DNA of 33,480 nucleotides from a virus: IMG/VR virus record IMGVR_UViG_3300028591_000144; one strand, 5' to 3'. Shown piece by piece: positions 8,065 to 14,752 of this stretch (position 1 is its first letter; each line of letters starts with the position of its first letter). The notes under the pieces were generated by a model. It saw only the letters and a program-made list of their open reading frames with translations, ran no database searches and was not told where the DNA came from. The position numbers and the translations under genes were made by a program.

Positions 8065-8286
8065 ATGGATAACAACATGATCCTCATTATAATTGATGAA
8101 TGTGGTGACGAGGTTGAGGTTGACCGCTACTGCCTTCAGCTTGACCTTGATGAAGACGAGTTGGAAATCTGGAAAGCTCGAAAGGTCCAGCAAGCCTATG
8201 AGCATTATCCAGAAGCGCGGGGCTTCTACTGGGAAGACCGCCGCAACTGGAACATGCTGATTGCAGGCATGCTTCACTGGATGTAA
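8065..8286 (+). CDS. acidic small protein (73 aa)
   Basis: ORF track. SD GAAAGGAAG. Confidence 0.6.
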   Translation: MDNNMILIIIDECGDEVEVDRYCLQLDLDEDELEIWKARKVQQAYEHYPEARGFYWEDRRNWNMLIAGMLHWM

Positions 8287-8287
8287 A

Positions 8288-8317
8288 AAGGCCGGGGGTA
8301 ATACCCCGGCTTTTTTT
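8288..8317 (+). terminator. rho-independent terminator
   Basis: ggccggggg-taata-ccccggc + T7. Confidence 0.85.
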
Positions 8318-8325
8318 ATTTTCAA

Positions 8326-8363
8326 CCGCACGTGCTGGGTAGGGCTGGGCAGCAAAAGCCGAG
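8326..8363 (+). repeat. Module-A G-triplet box copy 8
   Basis: Canonical sequence. Confidence 0.75.
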
Positions 8364-8547
8364 TTCCTTCTTTAACAAATAAACCAAAAAATACAAAAAT
8401 AAAAGTAGATAAAACCAAGAGAAAAGAAAATTCCTATAATTAAAATTACTATGTGCAAAAAGCCCCTATTTACTGGGCTTTTGGAGATTCTTCAAAAAAA
8501 ATATTGCAAAAAAAATTTTTTTGATATAAGTTGTAATTGTCCTCAGC

Positions 8548-8569
8548 AAAAAAAAAAAAAAAAAAAAAA
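8548..8569 (+). repeat. A22 homopolymer in 5' UTR
   Basis: 22 consecutive A between module-A promoter and leader hairpin. Paralogous leaders carry mixed sequence here. Confidence 0.8.
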
Positions 8570-8613
8570 TGAAAGTCCTGCGGTGAGGACAGCAGGCAGA
8601 AAGAGGTTGCCCT

Positions 8614-8949
8614 ATGCGTAAAATGCTTCATAACATCCGTTCCCTGCGTGCTTCTATCCTCAATGAGATGCGTGAAATTCAGCCTATTCTCGATGCCCGT
8701 GAGGAAGCTTATAATGCTGTCCTCAGCCGTGAGCCGGACGAGTCTCTTCCTGATTCTGACCCTATCGTGGTTGCGTGGGATAAAGAGTATGAGATCACTC
8801 GTGATGCATACAAAAATGTCGAAATGCGCTATGACGAGCTTGATTATCTGGCAAAAGCCCTTAAGGACGTTATCTCTCATCATGTTAGTTGGATGTATGA
8901 CCACCACGTTGAGGGATTTAACTGGGACGAACTTGGCAAATCATTCTAA
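8614..8949 (+). CDS. hypothetical protein (111 aa)
   Basis: ORF track. SD AGAGGTTG. Confidence 0.6.
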   Translation: MRKMLHNIRSLRASILNEMREIQPILDAREEAYNAVLSREPDESLPDSDPIVVAWDKEYEITRDAYKNVEMRYDELDYLAKALKDVISHHVSWMYDHHVEGFNWDELGKSF

Positions 8950-8956
8950 GCATACA

Positions 8957-8983
8957 GGTAGACGGAACGCCTTAAAGACTCCG
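8957..8983 (+). promoter_or_regulatory. box B copy 9
   Basis: Exact 27-mer. Confidence 0.75.
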
Positions 8984-9016
8984 CAATAATTTAAAATTAA
9001 AAAAGGAGTAAAAAAC

Positions 9017-9388
9017 ATGATTAACTTCAATCAGTATCCTGCATTTCTTTCTGTTCGTGCTTATAATCTGCTTGCCCGCTGGGAAAGCAATACTGGGACT
9101 GACGTTCAGAACTCTGATGAATTCAGAGATTGGTTTCTTGAATTCATTGGCGGCAAGCCTTTGCGTAATATGGGTTCGAAAACCCTTGCTGAATACTGCG
9201 CTTATGCAGCGGTTATGATGTGGATTGAAGAACCGCATCATTACCGTGAAAGCAACAGCACTCGTAAACAGAGACTCAAAAATAATGCAAAATCCCTTTT
9301 TGAGTATCACGTAGCAGGTGGTTGGATTGAATCTCAAAATGAAAAAGTCTACCACTGCATTGATAAAGTAATAAATAACTGGTTCTAA
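9017..9388 (+). CDS. hypothetical protein (123 aa), weak resemblance to an RNAP alpha-CTD-like helix-hairpin-helix motif
   Basis: ORF track. SD AAAAGGAGTA. Segment LSVRAYNLLARW resembles LSVRSANCLK of RNA polymerase alpha C-terminal domain. Similarity judged by eye only. Confidence 0.6.
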   Translation: MINFNQYPAFLSVRAYNLLARWESNTGTDVQNSDEFRDWFLEFIGGKPLRNMGSKTLAEYCAYAAVMMWIEEPHHYRESNSTRKQRLKNNAKSLFEYHVAGGWIESQNEKVYHCIDKVINNWF

Positions 9389-9392
9389 AAAA

Positions 9393-9426
9393 AAGCCACT
9401 CTCAAATGAGAGTGGCTTTTTTTTAT
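9393..9426 (+). terminator. rho-independent terminator
   Basis: agccactctca-aa-tgagagtggct + T9. Confidence 0.85.
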
Positions 9427-9432
9427 TGTCAA

Positions 9433-9470
9433 CCGCACGTGCTGGGTAGGGCTGGGCAGCAAAAGCCGAG
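9433..9470 (+). repeat. Module-A G-triplet box copy 9
   Basis: Canonical sequence. Confidence 0.75.
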
Positions 9471-9715
9471 TTTAAGGCTATGAAATAAAACAAAAAAAGA
9501 CAAAACAAAAACGATAATTCCAAGAGCAAAGATAAAATTCCTATAATTAAAATATTATGCGCAGAAAGCCCCTATTTACTGGGGGTTTTGAAGATATATT
9601 AAAAAAAATATTGCAAAAAAAATATTTTTAATATAAGTTGTAATTGTCCTCGACAAACAATAAAAAAAAATTTAAAAGTCCTGCTTGAGGACAGCAGGCA
9701 GAAAGAGGTTACCTT

Positions 9716-10081
9716 ATGACCTATCTTTACAAACCCGAATGGCTCGAAAAGATTCTGTCTCTGTATGAGGACATTGAGTTCTTTATTCAGGACTGCAATT
9801 CTCTGTATCAGCAGATTCAGGGCGAGAGCGACCGCTTTCTTGACGGTCTGGACTGGGAATTCCATAATGGGATTAAGATTCTGTATGGTGAAAGCGTTGG
9901 AGTTAACTACCTCAACAAAATTGCCGACCTTAAGGATATTGACGTTATCCTTAAAGACTACAATCCTCAGGACTTACTTCGTTATGGGCAAGAGATTCTT
10001 GAAGAGTCTCGAAAAGAACTTGCTAATCTGGAAAAAGATTGGCGAGAGACCCTTGACCGCTGGGATGCGGAATGTAAATAA
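9716..10081 (+). CDS. hypothetical protein (121 aa)
   Basis: ORF track. SD AGAGGTTAC. Confidence 0.6.
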   Translation: MTYLYKPEWLEKILSLYEDIEFFIQDCNSLYQQIQGESDRFLDGLDWEFHNGIKILYGESVGVNYLNKIADLKDIDVILKDYNPQDLLRYGQEILEESRKELANLEKDWRETLDRWDAECK

Positions 10082-10090
10082 GCACAATAA

Positions 10091-10117
10091 GGTAGACGGA
10101 ACGCCTTAAAGACTCCG
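10091..10117 (+). promoter_or_regulatory. box B copy 10
   Basis: Exact 27-mer. Confidence 0.75.
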
Positions 10118-10146
10118 CAACTTATACTTAAAAAAGGAGATTCAAT

Positions 10147-10377
10147 ATGAAAAAATTTGCATTACTTTGCAGTATCGGCTCTCATGAATATATTAATGGT
10201 AAACATGTTATCAACTGCACGGTTAAGGACATGTTTATTGTGCGAGAAGCTGACACTGCTCAAGAGTTAGCTCCATATTGCCCTCAGCGCGTTATTTATG
10301 AAGATGGATATTGGAAATCTTTCAGTATCGAACCTCGTCGCCGGGCAAAAAGCAGTCTTGCTCCATACTTAAAGTAA
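10147..10377 (+). CDS. hypothetical protein (76 aa)
   Basis: ORF track. SD AAAAGGAGATT. Confidence 0.6.
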   Translation: MKKFALLCSIGSHEYINGKHVINCTVKDMFIVREADTAQELAPYCPQRVIYEDGYWKSFSIEPRRRAKSSLAPYLK

Positions 10378-10385
10378 AATAAACA

Positions 10386-10412
10386 GGTAGACGGAACGCC
10401 TTAAAGACTCCG
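10386..10412 (+). promoter_or_regulatory. box B copy 11
   Basis: Exact 27-mer. Confidence 0.75.
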
Positions 10413-10446
10413 CAATTTTATAAAAAAAATAGAAAGATTTTATTAT

Positions 10447-10494
10447 ATGCTTATAATTATTGTGTTTTTTATCTTAGGGAGTCTATTTGATTAA
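10447..10494 (+). CDS. tiny hydrophobic peptide MLIIIVFFILGSLFD (15 aa)
   Basis: Paralog of the 6425 and 12094 peptides. Followed by a terminator. Confidence 0.5.
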   Translation: MLIIIVFFILGSLFD

Positions 10495-10503
10495 TACAAA
10501 AAA

Positions 10504-10538
10504 AGAGAAGAGTATAAAAAACTCTTCTCTTTTTTTTT
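10504..10538 (+). terminator. rho-independent terminator
   Basis: agagaagagt-ataaaaaa-ctcttctct + T9. Confidence 0.85.
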
Positions 10539-10540
10539 AA

Positions 10541-10580
10541 CCGCCCGTGCTGGGTAGGGGTGGGCAACAAAAGCCGAGCT
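10541..10580 (+). repeat. Module-A G-triplet box copy 10
   Basis: ccgcccgtgctgggtaggggtgggcaacaaaagccgag. Confidence 0.7.
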
Positions 10581-10852
10581 TTAAACTGTAAAATAAAACA
10601 AAAAAAGATAAAACAAAAGCGGATAAAACAAAAGAGCAAATAAAAATCCCGAATTATTTTTAAGATTGCTCAAAGTACCAGTAAATACAGGGCTTTTGAA
10701 GATATATTAAAAAAAATATTGCAAAAAAAATTTTTTTGATATAAGTTGTGATTGTCAACAGGAAGCAAAACAAAAAACCTGTTGCCCCATAGGATAAGGT
10801 CGGGTTACAATTCTTATCCATTTCAAAATTTTTTCTTTAAGGAGTAAAAGCC

Positions 10853-11230
10853 ATGACTTACTTCAAAAACAATGAATGCCACGAGCTGTATGACACCATA
10901 TATGACATCCTGACTGATTGCATTGACCACAACATTGAGTCTGCTGAACTCAATCTCTCCGTCCGCAAAGATGGCATTGAAGCGAAAATCAATGACATTT
11001 ATGCGAAGTATACCACTGAATACCACTTCGGAGAGTGGAAAGCCTCCGACTTTGCCGAAGACAACTTCAGCGATGAAGACTATAAGACCTATGAAGCTCT
11101 CTCTTCTGAGTATCAAGATCTTGAAGAGTATCCCGATAAAGAGCTCCCGAAGCTTCGTAAACTTCTTAAAGAAGCTCAGGATATCGCCAAATTCCTCATT
11201 GAGGAATATGACGGCGAAATTCTTAAGTAA
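10853..11230 (+). CDS. acidic protein (125 aa)
   Basis: ORF track. SD TAAGGAGTAA. Confidence 0.65.
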   Translation: MTYFKNNECHELYDTIYDILTDCIDHNIESAELNLSVRKDGIEAKINDIYAKYTTEYHFGEWKASDFAEDNFSDEDYKTYEALSSEYQDLEEYPDKELPKLRKLLKEAQDIAKFLIEEYDGEILK

Positions 11231-11239
11231 AACTCAGCA

Positions 11240-11266
11240 GGTAGACGGAACGCCTTAAAGACTCCG
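11240..11266 (+). promoter_or_regulatory. box B copy 12
   Basis: Exact 27-mer, here immediately followed by a degenerate G-triplet box. Confidence 0.75.
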
Positions 11267-11278
11267 CAAATAAAAAAC

Positions 11279-11320
11279 CGTCCGTGCTGGGCTGGGGTGG
11301 ACTTCAAAAGCCGAGCTTCT
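11279..11320 (+). repeat. Module-A G-triplet box copy 11 (degenerate)
   Basis: ccgtccgtgctgggctggggtggacttcaaaagccgag. Confidence 0.6.
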
Positions 11321-11409
11321 CAGTCTAGATAAAAATGCAATTTTTACAAAACAAAATTGCGTTTAATTTTTAAAAAATTAAAATCCTAATATTTCGGAGG
11401 AATATTAAA

Positions 11410-11493
11410 ATGTATGAAATTTCAATAAAAAGTTCTAGCATCGATTTAGATATCATCCAATTCACTAAGTTACTTAATATTGCAGTAGAATAG
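11410..11493 (+). CDS. possible small protein (27 aa)
   Basis: SD TCGGAGGAAT 8 nt upstream of ATG. Manual ORF. Confidence 0.35.
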   Translation: MYEISIKSSSIDLDIIQFTKLLNIAVE

Positions 11494-11595
11494 GAAGATT
11501 TGCCTACTATTGAATTTTATAAAAAACTAATAAAAAAATTGCAAATTATCTCTTAGATATACAGATATCTTGAGCAAGAAAAGATAATTTAATCA

Positions 11596-11634
11596 GCCGT
11601 CCGTGCTGGGGCATTAGGTGGACTCATCAGCCGT
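11596..11634 (+). repeat. Module-A G-triplet box copy 12 (degenerate)
   Basis: ccgtccgtgctggggcattaggtggactcatcagccg. Confidence 0.55.
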
Positions 11635-11713
11635 ATTTACGACAATAATAACTTCACCAAAAGAAGAAAAAGAAATAAAACATTTACCATAGCTACTCTT
11701 ACTTCCCATAATT

Positions 11714-11752
11714 GCGCGCTTCGGCAGCGGTCCTACGCCAAGCTGGCGAAGC
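11714..11752 (+). repeat. hairpin-C family member (degenerate)
   Basis: gcgcttcggcagc...gctggcgaagcg followed by AGTTTAT. Confidence 0.5.
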
Positions 11753-11837
11753 GAGTTTATGATTTGTTTATAATATACAAAAATCTCACTCAAAATCACT
11801 ACACAATTGTGCATAAAGTAAAATCACTTATTCCCTC

Positions 11838-11866
11838 TTGACTTCTGGTTGATTATGCGTTATAAT
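11838..11866 (+). promoter_or_regulatory. sigma70-type promoter TTGACT-17-TATAAT
   Basis: Hexamers and 17-nt spacer read from sequence. Confidence 0.75.
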
Positions 11867-11883
11867 GGGCTTGCCCGAAGAGG

Positions 11884-11906
11884 AAAAAAAAAAAAAAAAA
11901 AAAAAA
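11884..11906 (+). repeat. A23 homopolymer in 5' UTR
   Basis: 23 consecutive A between -10 and SD. The paralogous unit at 15070-15110 has agaacaaaaaa instead. Confidence 0.8.
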
Positions 11907-11919
11907 TAAGGAGATCATT

Positions 11920-12078
11920 ATGGAAAATATGGCGTTTGAACTGATGGAAGCAGAAAACACTATTCTGGAAGATTATGAAGACTGGGAGCGCTATGAAGAA
12001 GACATGGCAACAAATCCTTATGCCCCTATTGATGATATCGACTATGATATTGCAATTCATCCTTGGGATTATGTCTGA
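11920..12078 (+). CDS. acidic small protein (52 aa), paralog of 15115-15285
   Basis: SD AAGGAGATC. About 85 percent nt identity with paralog. Below track cutoff. Confidence 0.65.
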   Translation: MENMAFELMEAENTILEDYEDWERYEEDMATNPYAPIDDIDYDIAIHPWDYV

Positions 12079-12093
12079 AAGGAGATCACGTCA

Positions 12094-12144
12094 ATGTTAA
12101 CAATCATCATTTTTTTCATTCTTGGAAGTCTTTTTGAAGCATAA
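12094..12144 (+). CDS. tiny hydrophobic peptide MLTIIIFFILGSLFEA (16 aa)
   Basis: SD AAAGGAGATCACG. Third member of the conserved tiny-peptide family. Followed by hairpin 12154-12181. Confidence 0.5.
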   Translation: MLTIIIFFILGSLFEA

Positions 12145-12276
12145 TATAAACCTCGAGAGGAGCGACAAATATCCTCCTCTCTCCGTATTTTACAAGGATG
12201 CCCCTTATAGACAACAAAAGTGACAACAAAACCAATGCGCGAGAATCTCTGATTTTCCCAAAATCAAATATTCCGC

Positions 12277-12310
12277 GCATCCTTTGCGCTCCACGCTAAG
12301 CAAAGGATGC
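12277..12310 (+). repeat. hairpin-C family member
   Basis: gcatcctttgc-loop-gcaaaggatgc followed by GAGTTTTAT. Confidence 0.65.
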
Positions 12311-12395
12311 GAGTTTTATATTTTGATATTCTGCACAAAAAATAAGCGTAAAAAAGCAGATCAATTGTGCATAAGGTAAAATCCCTTATTCCCTC

Positions 12396-12424
12396 TTGAC
12401 TTTTACCAGATTATAATATATAAT
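12396..12424 (+). promoter_or_regulatory. sigma70-type promoter TTGACT-17-TATAAT
   Basis: Hexamers read from sequence. Confidence 0.75.
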
Positions 12425-12473
12425 TTACTTGTAAGTTGAAAGACAACTTAACTAAATAACAGAGGTGCTTATA

Positions 12474-12773
12474 ATGAAATCTATTCTCAAAAAACTTTCC
12501 GCTATGCCCTATGCTCAGGCTCATGTTGAAATTGACGAGGATGGTAATACCTATCTTTTTAGCTATGTAACCTGCGTGATTGAACTGACAGCAGATGGTT
12601 GGCTGACTTGCACCGGAACTTATAGTCAGACTACAAGAAAGCATATCGGAGCTTTTATGCGTGAATATATAGAGTGGCCGAACGGGGAACGCGGCGACTA
12701 TTATACCGCTAAGCATTGCTATGAAGGCAACTATCGCCTGAACATTAACACTGGCGAAATTGAAGATCTATAA
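12474..12773 (+). CDS. hypothetical protein (99 aa)
   Basis: ATG 8 nt after SD AGAGG. The track extends to a GTG at 12465. Confidence 0.65.
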   Translation: MKSILKKLSAMPYAQAHVEIDEDGNTYLFSYVTCVIELTADGWLTCTGTYSQTTRKHIGAFMREYIEWPNGERGDYYTAKHCYEGNYRLNINTGEIEDL

Positions 12774-12780
12774 ACACCGT

Positions 12781-12815
12781 GAGGGGCGACAAAATAAGTC
12801 ACCCCTCCGTATTTT
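12781..12815 (+). terminator. terminator hairpin with conserved GCGACAAA(T/A)A loop
   Basis: gaggggcgacaaaataagtcacccctc + TATTTTTC. Sister hairpin at 12154-12181. Confidence 0.6.
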
Positions 12816-12898
12816 TCAAAAACATACCCTATAGACAACAAAAGTGACAACAAAAGTAATAAGCCTTTGAAGCGCAAAAATCCCAAAAATAAGATTGT

Positions 12899-12935
12899 GC
12901 GCTCCGTTTGCGTCTCACGCCAAGCAAACGGAGCG
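12899..12935 (+). repeat. hairpin-C family member
   Basis: gcgctccgtttgc-gtctcacgccaa-gcaaacggagcg. Confidence 0.7.
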
Positions 12936-12995
12936 AGTTTACATTATTGTATATTTTGCATATTTTTCATAATGAATATTTGTTGAAATTGTCTA

Positions 12996-13024
12996 TTGCA
13001 ATCTCTCCCGATATATGATATATT
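12996..13024 (+). promoter_or_regulatory. sigma70-type promoter TTGCAA-17-TATATT with TG extension
   Basis: Hexamers read from sequence. Confidence 0.7.
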
Positions 13025-13055
13025 ATACTCACAAAACAGAAAGGAAGTAAAATAT

Positions 13056-13364
13056 ATGATTAACATTCGTTCAATCTTGAAACTAAAAGAAAATGATGGT
13101 TTAACACTTAAAAATGGTAAGCCGATCATCTACAAGACCGGCTGGCAGGTCGCAACGGAGGGAGTAGAGTGCACGACTGCCCGTGAAGCGATCAGTACCG
13201 TAAAAGCGTACAAAGGCAATTGTGGAATCTGGTACAGTTGCGGCAAATATTATATAGACCTGAGCAAACGTGTAAATACAAAAAAAGAAGCGCTGGAAAT
13301 CGGCAGAGCGCATAATCAAATTTCTATTCTCTCTTGGCGTAATATGGGGTTAGCATATTGTTAA
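13056..13364 (+). CDS. hypothetical protein (102 aa)
   Basis: SD AAAGGAAGT. ATG at 13056 preferred over the track start at 12996. Confidence 0.65.
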   Translation: MINIRSILKLKENDGLTLKNGKPIIYKTGWQVATEGVECTTAREAISTVKAYKGNCGIWYSCGKYYIDLSKRVNTKKEALEIGRAHNQISILSWRNMGLAYC

Positions 13365-13382
13365 TCCCATATCTTTTATTTA

Positions 13383-13421
13383 GCGCTCCATTTGCGAGTG
13401 TCCGCCCTCGCAAATGGAGCG
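13383..13421 (+). repeat. hairpin-C family member
   Basis: gcgctccatttgcgag-tgtccgcc-ctcgcaaatggagcg. Confidence 0.7.
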
Positions 13422-13504
13422 TGTTTTCTTTATGTCAATATATACAAAAAAATGAGATCAAAAACCTGGAATTTTGTGCAATAAGTAGAAATCACGAAAT
13501 GGGA

Positions 13505-13533
13505 TTGACTTATGCCCTCTAATATGATATATT
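13505..13533 (+). promoter_or_regulatory. sigma70-type promoter TTGACT-17-TATATT
   Basis: Hexamers read from sequence. Confidence 0.75.
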
Positions 13534-13628
13534 ATAATCACAGAAAGGAGATCGACATGAGCGCAGAGACCTGAGTCACTGAAGGGCCAGACAGATCACC
13601 TGACTTAGAAAAAAGGGGTAGATAAAAA

Positions 13629-13769
13629 ATGTATGAATTTCTTCTTAGAAACACTGAGACGGGGGAAGAGTGGACTGGATTTGGTTATGACTACTTTCAT
13701 CTGATGGCAAGATACCCTGATGTTGATTGGAGTAAACAAAAATTAGAAGCTAAATTCTATATTGATTAA
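13629..13769 (+). CDS. hypothetical protein (46 aa)
   Basis: SD AAAAGGGGTAG. Manual ORF. Preceded by a 5-codon uORF (13557-13574) and a hairpin. Confidence 0.5.
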   Translation: MYEFLLRNTETGEEWTGFGYDYFHLMARYPDVDWSKQKLEAKFYID

Positions 13770-13783
13770 AAGGAGATAAAAAA

Positions 13784-14062
13784 ATGAATTATTACACAAT
13801 TTACAACGATGAAATCCTGACTGATGCTGGAGATGCAATTTTTGATCTTGAATCTGAAATTGAATATCTGGATATTACCCCCGAAACTTACTATGCTCTG
13901 CTTGATCTTATCAAAGAAGAGACTCAGGATTATCGGCCTGCGGACTGCGTAGACTGGTATGACGATGATGATGTAAACTCTGCTGTTGCTATCGCAATCG
14001 AAATTTCTGATTGGTGTAAAAAATTCTTTAAAGAATATGAACACCTGATCGCTGAAATCTAA
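13784..14062 (+). CDS. highly acidic protein (92 aa)
   Basis: ORF track. SD AAAGGAGATA. Confidence 0.7.
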   Translation: MNYYTIYNDEILTDAGDAIFDLESEIEYLDITPETYYALLDLIKEETQDYRPADCVDWYDDDDVNSAVAIAIEISDWCKKFFKEYEHLIAEI

Positions 14063-14107
14063 ATAATATACAATCCCCATGTATAAATATACAGGGGGAA
14101 TCTTTGC

Positions 14108-14145
14108 CGCTCCGGACACCAATGTGCGCACTGGTGTCCGGAGCG
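14108..14145 (+). repeat. hairpin-C family member (14-bp perfect stem)
   Basis: cgctccggacacca-atgtgcgc-tggtgtccggagcg + TCTTTTA. Confidence 0.7.
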
Positions 14146-14231
14146 TCTTTTAAGTATCAAATCTGTGATGCAATTTTATTGACAAAAGTGCTTGTTAAAT
14201 ATTTAACTATTAAAATCCTGGAAATTTATTC

Positions 14232-14260
14232 TTGACTTTTGGTGTAATGTATGTTATATT
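14232..14260 (+). promoter_or_regulatory. sigma70-type promoter TTGACT-17-TATATT
   Basis: Hexamers read from sequence. Confidence 0.7.
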
Positions 14261-14291
14261 ATATATGAAATTTCCAAGAGGTAAAAGAAGT

Positions 14292-14696
14292 ATGACTATT
14301 AGATATGCTACTCAAGCAGATCAAATCCATATTATTAGATCAATTCAAAATAAACATATGGATTTTAATACTGTTGAAGATGTCAAAAATGATATTGCCT
14401 GCGGTAACTTGATTGTTGCTGAAGATCAAGGAAAGTTACTTGGTTCAATAGTTGTAAAATATAAGCCACATCGAAATTACTATGCAATTATGCGAGGATG
14501 CGTCTATAATAAAAAAAATTATGGGAAAAGGATAATGAGTGCATTAATTGATTATGTTCTCGCCCTTAATCTTGGAACCTATGGGGCTACTCCGTGGAAC
14601 GACAATCCTGCAATCATTAAAGTATTTCAAAAACGTGGTTTTCAATATCAGTATACTTTTAATGAAAAATATGATTTTTATAAAAAAAATGCTTGA
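14292..14696 (+). CDS. putative GNAT-like N-acetyltransferase (134 aa), very AT-rich
   Basis: SD AGAGGTAAAAG. Beta-alpha pattern and NYGKRIMSALIDYV segment resemble acetyl-CoA-binding motif A. Weak. Confidence 0.5.
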   Translation: MTIRYATQADQIHIIRSIQNKHMDFNTVEDVKNDIACGNLIVAEDQGKLLGSIVVKYKPHRNYYAIMRGCVYNKKNYGKRIMSALIDYVLALNLGTYGATPWNDNPAIIKVFQKRGFQYQYTFNEKYDFYKKNA

Positions 14697-14723
14697 CTTT
14701 TAAATAAAGATATAATATATAAT
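14693..14723 (+). promoter_or_regulatory. sigma70-type promoter (TTGACT overlaps upstream stop codon)
   Basis: TTGACT at 14693, TATAAT at 14718. Confidence 0.55.
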
Positions 14724-14752
14724 ACAGACAGGATCAAGAAAGGAGATACAAA

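Noticed and set aside
300-11000. Bacteroidetes-type (-33 TTTG / -7 TAnnTTTG) promoters and a Bacteroidetes host
   Set aside because: Every gene has a strong purine-rich Shine-Dalgarno, which Bacteroidetes mRNAs lack. The module promoter is better read as TTGCAA-17-TAAGTT and is related to the canonical TTGCAA-17-TATAAT promoters of the second half.
12996-13364. Track ORFs with long N-terminal extensions (for example 12996, 14232, 15082, 15270, 18138, 18608, 19871, 20095, 29155, 30762, 31301, 32860)
   Set aside because: The extended starts lie inside promoters or upstream leaders and lack an SD. In each case an internal ATG sits 6-9 nt after a strong SD, so the shorter ORF was annotated.
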